Positions 18,897 to 29,300 of a stretch of DNA of 64,000 nt are shown here, in pieces. The stretch covers positions 4,000-67,999 of the forward strand of contig DATBIK010000007.1 of the NCBI GenBank assembly GCA_036556985.1, in the 5' to 3' direction. A program made the translations under genes and the position numbers. This DNA comes from Candidatus Limnocylindria bacterium (GTDB taxonomy: Bacteria; Chloroflexota; Limnocylindria; QHBO01). Within the stretch, counting starts at the first letter, position 1. Every line of letters starts with the position of its first letter. The notes beneath the pieces are model-generated. The model was given only the letters and a program-made list of their open reading frames with translations, was not told the origin of the DNA and ran no database searches.

Positions 18897-19684
18897 GCCC
18901 GCCTCCGGGCCAGGCCGAGCGCCACGAGCGTGAGCGTCACCGTGGCCACCATGAGCATGACCGCCATGGCGATGAGCACCGGCAGGCGCTGGGCGAAGCG
19001 CAGCTGCCCATAGAGGAAGACGGGGAAGGTGGGGTCGCCGCCGGCCAGGAAGAGGGCCACCGCCACCTCGTCGAACGAGACGATGAAGCAGGTCAGCCAC
19101 GCCGAGAGCAGGGACGGCCCGATGAGCGGCAGCACCACGCGGCGCAGCGTGGTCGGGTAGCTGGCGCCCAGGTCCATGGCCGCGTCCTCGAGCGCGGGGT
19201 CGATGCCACCCATGCGGGCGAGCAGGATGAGCGTGGCGAACGGCAGGGCGATGACCGAGTGGCCGGCGGCGATCGTGAACAGCGAGCGGGGGATGTCGAA
19301 GAACGAGAAGAGGAGGAACACCGAGACCCCGAGCACGATGAAGGGGACGACAAGCGGCAGGACCGCGAGCCCGAGGAGCGGGACACGCAGGCGCGATCGC
19401 AGCCGGGTGAAGACGATGCTCACCGCGAACCCGAGCGCGGTGGCGGCGGTCGCCGCCCCGGCGCCCACGACGAGGCTGTTCCGCGCGGCGCCGAGCAGGG
19501 AGGCATCGGCGAAGACCTCGCCATACCAGTGCAGGGTCAGGGTGCGGAGGGGGAAGGTGAGGACCGGGCGCTCGTTGAAGGAGAAGACGAACAGGATCGC
19601 GATCGGCAGGTAGAGCAGGAAGAGCATCACCGCGTAGGCGGTGCCGAGCGGGATTCGCGTGCGATGCACGCCGACGGCGCTCAC
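18893..19684 (-). CDS. ABC transporter permease (PotC/PotI-like)
   Basis: Six TM segments with the EAA-like loop LEDAAMDLGASYPTTLRRVVLP; GTGA overlap with the upstream permease. Confidence 0.8.
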   Translation of the reverse strand: MSAVGVHRTRIPLGTAYAVMLFLLYLPIAILFVFSFNERPVLTFPLRTLTLHWYGEVFADASLLGAARNSLVVGAGAATAATALGFAVSIVFTRLRSRLRVPLLGLAVLPLVVPFIVLGVSVFLLFSFFDIPRSLFTIAAGHSVIALPFATLILLARMGGIDPALEDAAMDLGASYPTTLRRVVLPLIGPSLLSAWLTCFIVSFDEVAVALFLAGGDPTFPVFLYGQLRFAQRLPVLIAMAVMLMVATVTLTLVALGLARRRA

Positions 19685-20538
19685 GCGTTCACCCGCGAGC
19701 GCACGAGCCAGGCAGCGAGGACGACGAGGACGCCGGTGATGGCGAGCATGATCATCGCGGCCGCGGCCCCGGTCGCCCAGCTGGCCGCGCGGCCGAAGAA
19801 GTCCTGGATGAGCTGCCCGTACATGTACGTCTCGCTGCCGCCGACCAGGCGGGGCGTCACGTACTCGCCGACGCTCGGGATGAAGACCATGAAGAAGGCG
19901 GCGATGGCGCCCGGCAGGCTCAATGGCAGCGTGACCCGCGTGAAGCGGCTCCACGGCCCCGCGCCGAGGTCCGCGGCCGCCTCGAGCTGGCGGCGCTCGA
20001 TGCGAGACATGGCCGCGTAAATCGGCAGCGCGGCGAACGGCACCCACACGTACACGAGCGTGACGACCACCGCCGCCCGCGAGTAGAGGAGGAGGTCGAG
20101 CGGGCCGCCGATGACGCCGGCCCACTGCAGCAGGGTGTTGATCGCTCCCTCCTGGCCAAGCATGAGCCGCCAGGCCATGACCCGCAGCAGGAAGCTGACC
20201 GCGAACGGGATGAGCAGCAGGGTGAGGGCCACCGTCGCCCAGCGCCCGGCGCGGAAGGCGAGGAAGTAGGCGAGCGGGTACGCCAGGACCGTGGCGCTGG
20301 CCGCCACGATGAGCGCCATCAGCACCGAGATGCCGAGCTGGCGCAGGTATGCCGGCGTCCCGAGGATGCGCTCGTACTGGACGAGCGTCGGCGTCCAGGG
20401 GTCGCCGAAGTCGATCGGCCCCGGCTCCGGCCGCAGGCTGATCACGAGGACGAGGACGACCGGCGCCAGGAGGAGTGCTGCCAGCCACAGGTAGGGAGGC
20501 AAAGTCAGGTAGCCGAGGAACGCGCGGCGTTCCAGCAT
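19681..20538 (-). CDS. ABC transporter permease (PotB/PotH-like)
   Basis: TM-rich; EAAADLGAGPWSRFTRVTLP permease signature. Confidence 0.8.
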   Translation of the reverse strand: MLERRAFLGYLTLPPYLWLAALLLAPVVLVLVISLRPEPGPIDFGDPWTPTLVQYERILGTPAYLRQLGISVLMALIVAASATVLAYPLAYFLAFRAGRWATVALTLLLIPFAVSFLLRVMAWRLMLGQEGAINTLLQWAGVIGGPLDLLLYSRAAVVVTLVYVWVPFAALPIYAAMSRIERRQLEAAADLGAGPWSRFTRVTLPLSLPGAIAAFFMVFIPSVGEYVTPRLVGGSETYMYGQLIQDFFGRAASWATGAAAAMIMLAITGVLVVLAAWLVRSRVNA

Positions 20539-20572
20539 GCTCCCCACCCGCCTCCGTCCGCGCCGCGACCGG

Positions 20573-21706
20573 CTAGTTCGCCTTCACCCTCGTCCACATC
20601 GCGGTCCACGCGTCGCGCTGCTCCGCGGTGATCGGCGGCGTGAAGTTCGTCGCTTCCAGGATGGCCGGATCGTTGATGGCGAACGCCTCGATCAGCGTCT
20701 CGTCGGTGATGCCGGCCATGACGTCCCCGTTCGCGCAGCCGTAGTAGAACAGGCTCACCGCGTTGCCACAGCTCGCCTCGGCGAGCTTCGCGTCGAGGAA
20801 GGCATGGGCCAGCTCCGGGCTGTCGCTGGTGGCGCTGATGCCGTACAGGCCCACCCAGGAGTTCCGCCCCTCCTCGGGGTTCGCGTACGCCACCGGCACG
20901 CCCTCGTAGAGCGCCGTCGCGTAGCAGCCCTGCCAGGCGTAGGCCACCCAGATCTCGCCGCTGATGACTTCCGGGCACAGGTTCTCGTACTCGGAGTCCC
21001 AGTAGTGGATGTTCAGCGGCTTCTGGTCGATCCACTCCTGCTCGATCGCCGCCAGCTGCTCGTCGGTGATCGCCGTCTCGTCATAGCCGTGGATGTACGA
21101 GGACACCGTCACCGCCGCCGGGCCGTCGTCCCACATCGAGATGTGGCCCGCGTACTCCTCGTTGAGGAGCGCGTCCCAGCTCGTCACCTCGTCGACGTGC
21201 TCGGTGTTGTACAGGATCGAGGTGAAGCCCCAGTCCCAGGGGAGGAAGTACTGCTTGCCGTTGACCTGGCCGAGCTCCTTGAACGAGTCGGGAACCTTGT
21301 CCCAGTTGGCGAGCTTGCTCGTGTCGATCTCCAGCACGAGCCCTTCGTCCACGTAGAACTGCTGCCAGCCGGTGTAGAAGTGGAACACGTCGGCCTGGCT
21401 GCCGGCCTGCATCTGGGCCAGGATGTCGGCGTCGTTGGCGCCGAACTCGAAGGAGACCTCCGTGTCGGGGTTCGCGCCGGCGAAATCGACCCAGAAATCC
21501 TCGGCCTCGTAGCCGGCCCACTCGAGCACGAGAAGCTCGTTGGGCTCAGGCGCCATGGACGCCATCTCGGATGCCGCGGCCGATGCCGGCGCCGATGCGG
21601 GCGATCCCGCGCTGCTCGCCGCCTGCTCGCCGCAGGCGGTCAGCACGAGCGCCAGGCTGGCCGTCACGGCGGCCCAGCGCCCACTGGTTCGGAACTGCAT
21701 GGTCAT
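20573..21706 (-). CDS. ABC transporter substrate-binding lipoprotein (PotD/PotF polyamine-type family)
   Basis: Signal plus lipobox LALVLTAC; family-1 SBP fold; start taken at MTMQFRTS. Confidence 0.75.
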   Translation of the reverse strand: MTMQFRTSGRWAAVTASLALVLTACGEQAASSAGSPASAPASAAASEMASMAPEPNELLVLEWAGYEAEDFWVDFAGANPDTEVSFEFGANDADILAQMQAGSQADVFHFYTGWQQFYVDEGLVLEIDTSKLANWDKVPDSFKELGQVNGKQYFLPWDWGFTSILYNTEHVDEVTSWDALLNEEYAGHISMWDDGPAAVTVSSYIHGYDETAITDEQLAAIEQEWIDQKPLNIHYWDSEYENLCPEVISGEIWVAYAWQGCYATALYEGVPVAYANPEEGRNSWVGLYGISATSDSPELAHAFLDAKLAEASCGNAVSLFYYGCANGDVMAGITDETLIEAFAINDPAILEATNFTPPITAEQRDAWTAMWTRVKAN

Positions 21707-21798
21707 GCTCGGATCGAACCTCCACCGCTCCACGTTCGCCTCGGCCACGCCTGAAGCAATACTGCAGGGGCCGATGGTATGCGCACCCTCCGTCAAGG

Positions 21799-23253
21799 TC
21801 AACGCTTCGACGCACCTCCCGCTCCATCGACGGGAGCCTTGGGGCTGCCGAGCCGATACCCGAGCGCCCGCGGCAGGCCGGCCACCAGCCGGATCGGCAT
21901 GCCGGCGCGGCGTCCATCGTCCTGTGCCTCGTCACTCCGCACCAGCGCCTCGCGCACGAGCCGGACGCCGACGGACCGGAATGGCTCCGGCGGGAAGCGC
22001 TGGTGGTGGCGGTTCACGATCGGCAGGCGCGCCAGCTCGCCGGCCGGGTCGCCGACCATGGCGGCCAGCAGGCGGCCCGCGAGATGGGCCGGCGCGACGC
22101 CGTTGCCCGAGTAGCCGTGCGCGTAGTGGATCCGGCCGCCGGCGCGCGAGCCGATGATCGGCAGGCGATCGGGGCTGATGTCGATCGGGCCGCCCCAGGC
22201 ATCGGCGATCGGGACGTCCGCGAACCCGGGGAGGAAGCGGTGCAGGGCGGCGCGCGCCCGCGCCTCGGCGCGCGGATCGCGGTCGTAGCGACCGTCGACG
22301 CGTCCCCCGTATGCGGCCCGCCCGACGCCGGCGCCGAACGCTACCCGGCCGTCGGGCGTGGTGCGGAAGTAGTGCACGGTGAAGCGTGCGTCGGCGATCG
22401 CCTCGCCACCGGTCCAGCCAACGGCGCGCAGCACGTCCGGCGCCGGCTCGGTGAGCACGATGTGGCTGCCCCAGGCCAGGAGGGAGGTGCCGAAGCCCGG
22501 CCAGTCCGCCGCCCAGGCGTTGAGCGCCAGCACGACCTGGTCCGCCCGGACCTCGCCGGCGCTCGTCGCCAGGCGGTTCGGCGTGCCGGGACGGACGCGC
22601 GCGACGTCCACGCCCTCGTGGACCGTGGCGCCGCGTGCGAGGAGCACGCGCCGCAGCCCGCGGACGAGCCGGGCCGGCTGCACCGTCGCGGCATTCGGCA
22701 TGAGCGCGGCGCCCCGGATCACCGGCGCGTTGCAGCGGGCGCGTGCCTCGTTCGCGGTCAGCTCCACGTACGCGTCGTCGACGCCAAGCCCACGCAGCGT
22801 CCGCACCGCCGGCCACCACTCGCCGTCCTGCGCCGGCGAGGCGCTGACACGGAGGTAGCCCGCGCGCCGATACCAGGCATCCACCCCCGTTGCCTCGCAC
22901 CATGCGCCTATGGCGCCGACGCTCTCGTCGACGAGCCGCAGCAGGGCGAGCGCTGCCTCGGGCCCGAAGCGCTCGACGAGGTACGGTGCCTGGTCCCACC
23001 AGCCGTGGAGGAAGCCGCCGTTTCGTCCGCTCGGGCCGCCGCCGCAGCTTGAGCGCTCGAGCACCGCCACGCGGATCCCCGGCTGCGTCTCGAGCAGCCA
23101 CCAGGCGGTCCACAGGCCGGTATAGCCGCCGCCCACCACCGCCACGTCATAGCGGCTGCCGGGCTCGAGGGCCGCGGCCGGCGGTGAGAGTTCGGCCGCC
23201 TCGGCTTCGAGCGCCTCGCGGAGCCACCAGCCAACCGGTTGCGCCACGGACAT
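21799..23253 (-). CDS. FAD-dependent oxidoreductase (DAO family; gamma-glutamylputrescine oxidase PuuB-like)
   Basis: N-terminal YDVAVVGGGYTGLWTAWWL dinucleotide fold; head of the polyamine-type transport operon. Confidence 0.8.
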   Translation of the reverse strand: MSVAQPVGWWLREALEAEAAELSPPAAALEPGSRYDVAVVGGGYTGLWTAWWLLETQPGIRVAVLERSSCGGGPSGRNGGFLHGWWDQAPYLVERFGPEAALALLRLVDESVGAIGAWCEATGVDAWYRRAGYLRVSASPAQDGEWWPAVRTLRGLGVDDAYVELTANEARARCNAPVIRGAALMPNAATVQPARLVRGLRRVLLARGATVHEGVDVARVRPGTPNRLATSAGEVRADQVVLALNAWAADWPGFGTSLLAWGSHIVLTEPAPDVLRAVGWTGGEAIADARFTVHYFRTTPDGRVAFGAGVGRAAYGGRVDGRYDRDPRAEARARAALHRFLPGFADVPIADAWGGPIDISPDRLPIIGSRAGGRIHYAHGYSGNGVAPAHLAGRLLAAMVGDPAGELARLPIVNRHHQRFPPEPFRSVGVRLVREALVRSDEAQDDGRRAGMPIRLVAGLPRALGYRLGSPKAPVDGAGGASKR

Positions 23254-23293
23254 CGGCGGGGCAAGCCTCTGAAGTGGGGCTTAAGTCAGCCGG

Positions 23294-23911
23294 ATGGTAC
23301 GGCCCGCCGGCCGTCGCGGTCAATGGATCGCGGCGCATCGGTACAATCCGGCCGTGGCCACCGACGAGACGCTCATCGGGCGGAGCCTGCGTGCGGCGCG
23401 GCACCGGCGAGGGATGACGCTCCGCGAGGTGGCGGACCAGGCCGGCGTGACGGAGAGCTTTCTCTCGCAGGTCGAGCGGGACGTCGCCAGCCCCTCGATC
23501 GCCACCCTGCGCCGCATCGCAGGGGGGCTGGGGACGAGCATCGGGGCGCTGCTCGACGCGGCGGGCCCGCACGGGCACCTCGTGAAGCGTGGCCAGCGGC
23601 GGGTCGTGGCCTACGCCGGCCTCGGCGCCCGCGACGAGTTCCTCACCGACGGGACGAACGCGCGGTTGCAGCTCATCGAGTCGTACATCGAGCCGGGCGG
23701 CGGCACCGGGCCGGAAGCCTACGCGCACGAGTCGGACGAGGAGTGCCTCGTCGTGCTCGAGGGCCGCCTCGACCTGTGGGTCGGGGACGAGACGTACCGC
23801 CTCGAGGCGGGCGACGCGATCCGCTACCCGAGCCGGATCGCCCACCGCAACGAGAACCCCGGGCCGGACCCGGCGCGCGTCCTCTTCGTCCTCACTCCGC
23901 CGTCGTATTGA
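23294..23911 (+). CDS. XRE-family HTH + cupin transcriptional regulator (PuuR-like)
   Basis: HTH MTLREVADQAGVTESFLSQVERD; C-terminal cupin (ECLVVLEGRLDLWVGDETYRLEAGDAIRYP); divergent from the oxidase/ABC operon; alternative GTG start at 23354. Confidence 0.75.
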   Translation: MVRPAGRRGQWIAAHRYNPAVATDETLIGRSLRAARHRRGMTLREVADQAGVTESFLSQVERDVASPSIATLRRIAGGLGTSIGALLDAAGPHGHLVKRGQRRVVAYAGLGARDEFLTDGTNARLQLIESYIEPGGGTGPEAYAHESDEECLVVLEGRLDLWVGDETYRLEAGDAIRYPSRIAHRNENPGPDPARVLFVLTPPSY

Positions 23912-23953
23912 GCGGACGGCAGCATCGCCATGCGGTGCTAGCATCGGCGCCTG

Positions 23954-25174
23954 ATGCGAACCGATCCCTCGCGCACACCGGTCGTCGTCGACGGCCTGCG
24001 CACGCCCTTCGGCAGATACGGCGGCGCGCTCGCGCAGGTCAGGCCCGACGACTTGGCCGCCCACGTCATCCGGGCCGTGGTCGCCCGGACCGGCGTGGAG
24101 GTCGAGGCCATCGACGACGTCATCTTCGGTGCGGCGAACCAGGCGGGCGAGGACAACCGCAACGTCGGGCGCATGGCCGCGCTGCTCGCCGGGCTGCCGG
24201 TCGAGGTGCCCGGCGCGACGGTGAACCGCCTGTGCGGATCGGGCATGAACGCAGTCGTGAACGCGGCCCACGCAATCGCTGCCGGTGACGGCTCGCTGTT
24301 CGTGGCCGGCGGCGTGGAGTCGATGACCCGCGCCCCGTTCGTCATGGCCAAGCCGTCGGCGGCCTTCCCGCGTGGGGAGCAGACCCTGTACGACACGACG
24401 CTCGGCTGGCGCTTCACGAACCCGCGCCTGGCCGAGGCGCACTACCCGTACTCGATGGGGGAGACAGCCGAGAACGTCGTCGAGCGCTGTGGGGTGACGC
24501 GCGACGAGCAGGACGCCTTCGCCCTCGAGTCGCAGCAGCGGTGGGCCGCCGCCCAGGCGACCGGCCGCTTCGCGGACGAGGTCGTGCCCATCGACGTCGC
24601 CGAAGGCAACGCGACCCGCACGCTCGACACGGACGAGCATCCACGACCGGAGACGACGCTTGAGCAGCTCGCGAAGTTGAAGCCTGCCTTCCGGCGCGAT
24701 GCGTCCGGGAGCGTGACCGCCGGTAACAGCAGCGGCATCAACGACGGCGCGGCCGCGCTGCTCGTCACCTCCGAGGCGCGCGCGCGCGAGCTCGGCCTGC
24801 GGCCGATGGCCCGCATGCTGGCCTCGGCGGTGGCGGGCGTCGATCCGGCCACGATGGGCCTGGGCCCGATCCCCGCCTCGCGCAGGGCGCTCGAGCGCGC
24901 CGGCCTCTCGGTGGACGACCTGGACCTGGTCGAGCTGAACGAGGCGTTCGCCGCGCAGGCCATCCCCTGCATGCGGGAGCTCGGCCTCGATCCGGAGAAG
25001 GTGAACGTGAACGGCGGCGCGATCGCCATCGGGCATCCGCTCGGCGCCTCCGGCGCGCGCCTGGTGGCGACGCTGCTCCACGAGATGCGGCGGCGCGGCG
25101 CGCGGTACGGCCTGGCCACGATGTGCATCGGCGTCGGCCAGGGCATCGCATCGGTCTGGGAGGCGGCCGAGTAG
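23954..25174 (+). CDS. acetyl-CoA C-acyltransferase (thiolase; beta-ketoadipyl-CoA thiolase-like)
   Basis: [11 protein letters not shown] active-site Cys, [24 protein letters not shown] thiolase signatures. Confidence 0.9.
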   Translation: MRTDPSRTPVVVDGLRTPFGRYGGALAQVRPDDLAAHVIRAVVARTGVEVEAIDDVIFGAANQAGEDNRNVGRMAALLAGLPVEVPGATVNRLCGSGMNAVVNAAHAIAAGDGSLFVAGGVESMTRAPFVMAKPSAAFPRGEQTLYDTTLGWRFTNPRLAEAHYPYSMGETAENVVERCGVTRDEQDAFALESQQRWAAAQATGRFADEVVPIDVAEGNATRTLDTDEHPRPETTLEQLAKLKPAFRRDASGSVTAGNSSGINDGAAALLVTSEARARELGLRPMARMLASAVAGVDPATMGLGPIPASRRALERAGLSVDDLDLVELNEAFAAQAIPCMRELGLDPEKVNVNGGAIAIGHPLGASGARLVATLLHEMRRRGARYGLATMCIGVGQGIASVWEAAE

Positions 25175-25176
25175 CC

Positions 25177-25815
25177 GTGGCGGAGCAGGTCGAGCGCGCG
25201 ATCGTGGTGACCGGCGAGGCCAGCGTGCGGCGCGCGCCGGACACAGCGGTCGTCTCGCTGGCTGTGACGGTGCGTGACGCGCGTCCCGCGCGGGCGCGCG
25301 ATGCCGCCAGCCAGCGCGCTTCGGACGTCCTCGCCACCCTCCGCCAGCTGGGCCTCCCCGATGCCGATGTGCAGGCCGCATCCCTCGTCGTCCAGCCCGT
25401 CCACGACTACGCGTCCGGGACGCAGAAGCTCATCGGCTTCGACGCGTCGCGACCGATCACGGTGCGCCTTCGCGACCTCGAGCTGCTCGGCCCGGTCCTC
25501 GACGGGCTCGTGGACGACGGCGCCACGCAGGTGCAGGGAACCGTGATGCAGCTCGCTGAGCCGGAGGAGGCGTCGCGCGAGGCGCTCGCTGCGGCGTACG
25601 CGGCGGCCGCGGGGCGGGCGGAGGCGCTTGCGGCAGCGGCCGGCCTGACGCTCGGCGAGCCGATCCGCATCGAGGAGGAGGCAGGCTGGGTGCCGTTCCG
25701 CGGCCAAGACATGGCCATGATGCGCGGCGCGGTCGCCGAGGGTGCGCCAACCGAGGTGGCGGTGGGCGAGATCGAGATCAGCGCACGCGTGCGGACCTGG
25801 TTCAACCTGGGCTGA
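25177..25815 (+). CDS. SIMPL (DUF541) domain protein
   Basis: [22 protein letters not shown]...VQGTV pattern of SIMPL/26-kDa periplasmic immunogenic protein family; GTG 2 nt after the thiolase stop. Confidence 0.6.
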   Translation: MAEQVERAIVVTGEASVRRAPDTAVVSLAVTVRDARPARARDAASQRASDVLATLRQLGLPDADVQAASLVVQPVHDYASGTQKLIGFDASRPITVRLRDLELLGPVLDGLVDDGATQVQGTVMQLAEPEEASREALAAAYAAAAGRAEALAAAAGLTLGEPIRIEEEAGWVPFRGQDMAMMRGAVAEGAPTEVAVGEIEISARVRTWFNLG

Positions 25816-26811
25816 TCAGGAGAGCCGGAGGCGAGGGAGCACCTTGTCGCCGAAGGTTGCGATGAACTCCGCCTGGTTGCGTCCGACGTTGTGCAGGTAG
25901 ATCTCGTCGAAGCCCATCTCGACGTAGTTCTGGAGCGCGTCGACGTGCTCGTCGAGATCGGCGCTGATGAGCATCCGGTTCGCGAAGTGCTCGATCCGCA
26001 CGAGCTTCGCGATGTTCGCGAAGTCCTCCGGGTTCTTGATGTCCTGCTTCGGGAACGGCATCCCGCCGTTCGGCCATTCCTTCAGCGCCTGCTCCTCGGC
26101 GGCCTCCTGCGTATCGGCCCACGAGACGTGGACCTGGAGCTGGGTGCGCATGGCCTCGGGATCCTTGCCGGCTTCGCGCGCGCCCTCGCGGAACCGGTCC
26201 CAGAGCATGGCGATCTTCTCGTCGGCGGCTCCGACGGTGATGATCCCGTCGGCGAACCTGCCGGTGCGCTTCGCGTTGAGCGGCCCGGCGGTGGCGACGT
26301 AGATCGGCACGCGCTCGTCAGGGAGGGTGTAGAGGCGGGCGGACTCCAGGGTGAAGTACTCGCCGTCGTGCTTCACCACCTTCCCCGTGAACAGCTTGTC
26401 GATGACCTCGATGGCCTCGAACATCATCGCGCTGCGGATACCGATCTCCGGCCACTCGCCGCCGATGACGTGCTCGTTCAGCGCCTCTCCGGCGCCGAGG
26501 CCCAGCCAGGTGCGCCCCGGGTACATGGCGCCGAGGGTTGCCGCGGCGTGGGCGATGACCGCGGGGTGGTAGCGGAAGCCGGGGCAGGTGACCGCGGTCC
26601 CGAACGGCAGCGATGTGCGCTGGCCGAGCGCGCCCATGAAGGCGAAGGCGAAGGCCGACTGGCCCTGCTCCGGCGTCCACGGGTGGAAGTGCTCGCTCAC
26701 CTGGAAGCCGGCGCTGAAGCCGGCGCCCTCCGCCTGCTCCGCCCAGTCGAGCAGGTCGGTGGGGTGGAACTGCTCGAGCATGCAGGCGTATCCGATCTTC
26801 GTCATGCGCAC
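25816..26811 (-). CDS. LLM-class F420-dependent oxidoreductase (F420-dependent glucose-6-phosphate dehydrogenase Fgd-like)
   Basis: Close colinearity with the Fgd1 pattern (SEHFHPW, LGTAVTCPGFRYHPAVIA, GLGAGEALNE, VLPRLR). Confidence 0.8.
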   Translation of the reverse strand: MRMTKIGYACMLEQFHPTDLLDWAEQAEGAGFSAGFQVSEHFHPWTPEQGQSAFAFAFMGALGQRTSLPFGTAVTCPGFRYHPAVIAHAAATLGAMYPGRTWLGLGAGEALNEHVIGGEWPEIGIRSAMMFEAIEVIDKLFTGKVVKHDGEYFTLESARLYTLPDERVPIYVATAGPLNAKRTGRFADGIITVGAADEKIAMLWDRFREGAREAGKDPEAMRTQLQVHVSWADTQEAAEEQALKEWPNGGMPFPKQDIKNPEDFANIAKLVRIEHFANRMLISADLDEHVDALQNYVEMGFDEIYLHNVGRNQAEFIATFGDKVLPRLRLS

Positions 26812-26828
26812 AGCGTACCCTCAGGTAC

Positions 26829-27683
26829 ATGCTCAGGCTGGACCGATACCGGCGCGCCACCGACTTCCTCGCCGATGCCGGGGCCTGGCTCACCGAGCGC
26901 GAGGCCGAGCACAACCTGATCCTGGGGATCGCCTCCGGACTGGAAGACGACGAGACGAGCGCCACCGACGAGCCCCCGTACCTGGCGCTCGTGCGTGACG
27001 ACGCGCGCCCGGTGGCCGCCGCCCTGCGCACGCCGCCGTGGAACCTGCTCCTGTCGGAGGTGGATGACCCGGCGGCGCTCGCCGTGCTCGCCGACGACCT
27101 CGCCGGCGCGCAGCTGCCCGGCGTCACGGGCCCACCCCACGCCGTGCGGCACTTCGCCGCGTCCTGGACGACGATGAACGGCGGCCGCAGCGAGGTGGCG
27201 ATGGAGGAGGGCATCTACCGCCTGGAGCGGGTCGTCCATCCGCCACCGGTGAGGGGCAGAGCTCGGCGCGCGACCGCTGATGACCGGCCGCTGCTGCGCG
27301 AATGGGTGGGCGCCTTCCACATCGAGGCTGGACTGCCGACGGAGCGCAACCGGGCGCGCACCATCATCGACGAGTGGGAGCCGGAGACGGGCCGCCAGTT
27401 CTGGCTGTGGGACGTGGAAGGTCGCCCCGTCTCGCTGGTCGGTGCCGGCAGCCCGACGCCGAACGGCATCCGCATCGGTCCGGTCTACACCCCGCCGCAG
27501 GAGCGGGGCCACGGCTATGCGAGCGTCCTGACGGCGGTGGCCAGCCAATGGAACCTCGACCAGGGCCGCCGCTTCTGCTTCCTCTACACGAACCTCGCCA
27601 ACGCGACCGCCAACCACATCTACCAGGCCATCGGCTACGAGCGCGTGACCGATGCGCTCATGGTCCGCTTCACCGCGGAGTGA
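26829..27683 (+). CDS. GNAT-like acetyltransferase domain protein (hypothetical)
   Basis: C-terminal QERGHGYASVLTAVAS...IYQAIGYERV resembles a GNAT core; N-terminal domain unknown. Confidence 0.45.
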   Translation: MLRLDRYRRATDFLADAGAWLTEREAEHNLILGIASGLEDDETSATDEPPYLALVRDDARPVAAALRTPPWNLLLSEVDDPAALAVLADDLAGAQLPGVTGPPHAVRHFAASWTTMNGGRSEVAMEEGIYRLERVVHPPPVRGRARRATADDRPLLREWVGAFHIEAGLPTERNRARTIIDEWEPETGRQFWLWDVEGRPVSLVGAGSPTPNGIRIGPVYTPPQERGHGYASVLTAVASQWNLDQGRRFCFLYTNLANATANHIYQAIGYERVTDALMVRFTAE

Positions 27684-27732
27684 CGCCAGCGGGCCGCCCG
27701 CCTCGCGGCGAGCGGCCCTCGGTTGGGTGGGG

Positions 27733-28446
27733 TCAGTGCCAGGGGCCGCCGCGATGGCCGGGCCCGCCCGGGCCGAAGCGGCCTACGCGACCCTCGCCAC
27801 CCTCGTCGAGCCAGGCCCGGATCCGGTCGAGCATCGCGTCCGCGCGCTCCTGGTCCAGGCCCTCGGCCACGGCGGCGTCGAGGTCGGCCTCGACCGCGGC
27901 GACGACCGTGTCCTTCAGCGCGTCGTAGGCGACGCCCTCGTCAGCGGCGATCTCCTCGAGGGACTCGCCGTCTGCCATGCGGCCGATGAGATCGTCCGAG
28001 CCGAGGCCCAGCGCACCCGCCGCCGCCTCGATGACGTCCGCGCGCATGAAGCCGTGCGCGGCGCCGATCGCCAGGCCGCGGCCGAAGCCCAGCCCGAACC
28101 CGAAGCCGCAACCAACCTCCTCGAGGTTCTCGATCCGCTCCGTCATGGCCGCGGCGCGATCCTCGTCGAGGTCGCCCGCCTCCACGGCGGCCTCGATGGC
28201 CGCGATTGCGGCCGCCTTGCCGGCAGGAAGCAGGTCATCGGTGCTCACGCCGAGCTCGGCGGCGAACGTGTCGAGGAAGACCTCGCAGTACTCGCCGTCG
28301 CCGAACGGGCCGTGGAGGTCGACGCGGGCATCGGTCCCGTCGGTGGTGGTGCCAGGGGCGGCCAGCACCCCGCCGATCAGCGTCCCGCCCACCAGGGCGG
28401 TGATCATCAGCAGGCCGGCGCCGCCGAGCAGCTTCGCAATCTGCAT
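27733..28446 (-). CDS. secreted hypothetical protein (Ala/Asp/Gly-rich)
   Basis: Signal MQIAKLLGGAGLLMITALVGGTLIGGVLAAP; divergent from the adjacent two-component system. Confidence 0.45.
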   Translation of the reverse strand: MQIAKLLGGAGLLMITALVGGTLIGGVLAAPGTTTDGTDARVDLHGPFGDGEYCEVFLDTFAAELGVSTDDLLPAGKAAAIAAIEAAVEAGDLDEDRAAAMTERIENLEEVGCGFGFGLGFGRGLAIGAAHGFMRADVIEAAAGALGLGSDDLIGRMADGESLEEIAADEGVAYDALKDTVVAAVEADLDAAVAEGLDQERADAMLDRIRAWLDEGGEGRVGRFGPGGPGHRGGPWH

Positions 28447-28589
28447 CTTCGTGCTCCTCATCTGTCGCGTCTCGCCGGGCGGGAGCGGACGTCCGCACCA
28501 GCATCCGCCGGCGGCCGTGAAGATCGGGTCAAGATCGGCCCTATCGGTCTTGACAAGTCCTGAACCGCCGCGCGACTACGATTCGCCGC

Positions 28590-29300
28590 ATGGGAGCCCG
28601 CATCCTGGTCGTCGAGGATGAGCCGCGCCTGCGCGAGCTGCTGCGGCTGTACCTCGAGCGGGACGGCCACCAGGTGACCGATGTGGGGGACGGTTCGGCG
28701 GCCATCGCCGCCTACGACGCGGAGGGTGCCGACCTCGTGGTGCTCGACCTCATGCTGCCCGGCCTGCAGGGCGAGGCCGTCCTCGGCGCGCTCCGCGAGG
28801 CGGGTGACGTGCCGGTGCTCATCACGAGTGCGAAGCGCTCGGACGCCGAGCGGATCGCCGGCCTGCGGCTCGGTGCCGATGACTACCTCGGCAAGCCGTT
28901 CAACCCGCACGAGCTCACGGCGCGGGTGGCGGCAATCCTGCGCCGGACGCAGCCCGAGGGCGCCCCTGACGACGGCGGGATCCTGTCGCTGGCCGATGGC
29001 CGGCTCGTGCTCGACCCGGCCTCGCGGCGCTACACCCTGGCCGATGGCGCCACCGGCCGGCTGACGCCGGGGGAGAGCGCCCTGCTCGTCGCCCTCGCCC
29101 GCCGACCCGGCGCGGTCCTCAGCCGCGACCAGCTGGTCGAGGCCGTGGCGCGGCGGCCGGACGAGGTGTACGGGCGCGTCGTGGACGTCCACGTCGCGAA
29201 CCTGCGCCGCAAGCTCGGCGACGATGCCGGCGACCCGTGGCTCATCGAGACGGTGCCGACCACCGGGTATCGGCTCGTGGCCAGCCGGGACGCGCCGTGA
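28590..29300 (+). CDS. OmpR-family response regulator
   Basis: RILVVEDEPRLRELL receiver; winged helix TVPTTGYRL. Confidence 0.9.
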   Translation: MGARILVVEDEPRLRELLRLYLERDGHQVTDVGDGSAAIAAYDAEGADLVVLDLMLPGLQGEAVLGALREAGDVPVLITSAKRSDAERIAGLRLGADDYLGKPFNPHELTARVAAILRRTQPEGAPDDGGILSLADGRLVLDPASRRYTLADGATGRLTPGESALLVALARRPGAVLSRDQLVEAVARRPDEVYGRVVDVHVANLRRKLGDDAGDPWLIETVPTTGYRLVASRDAP

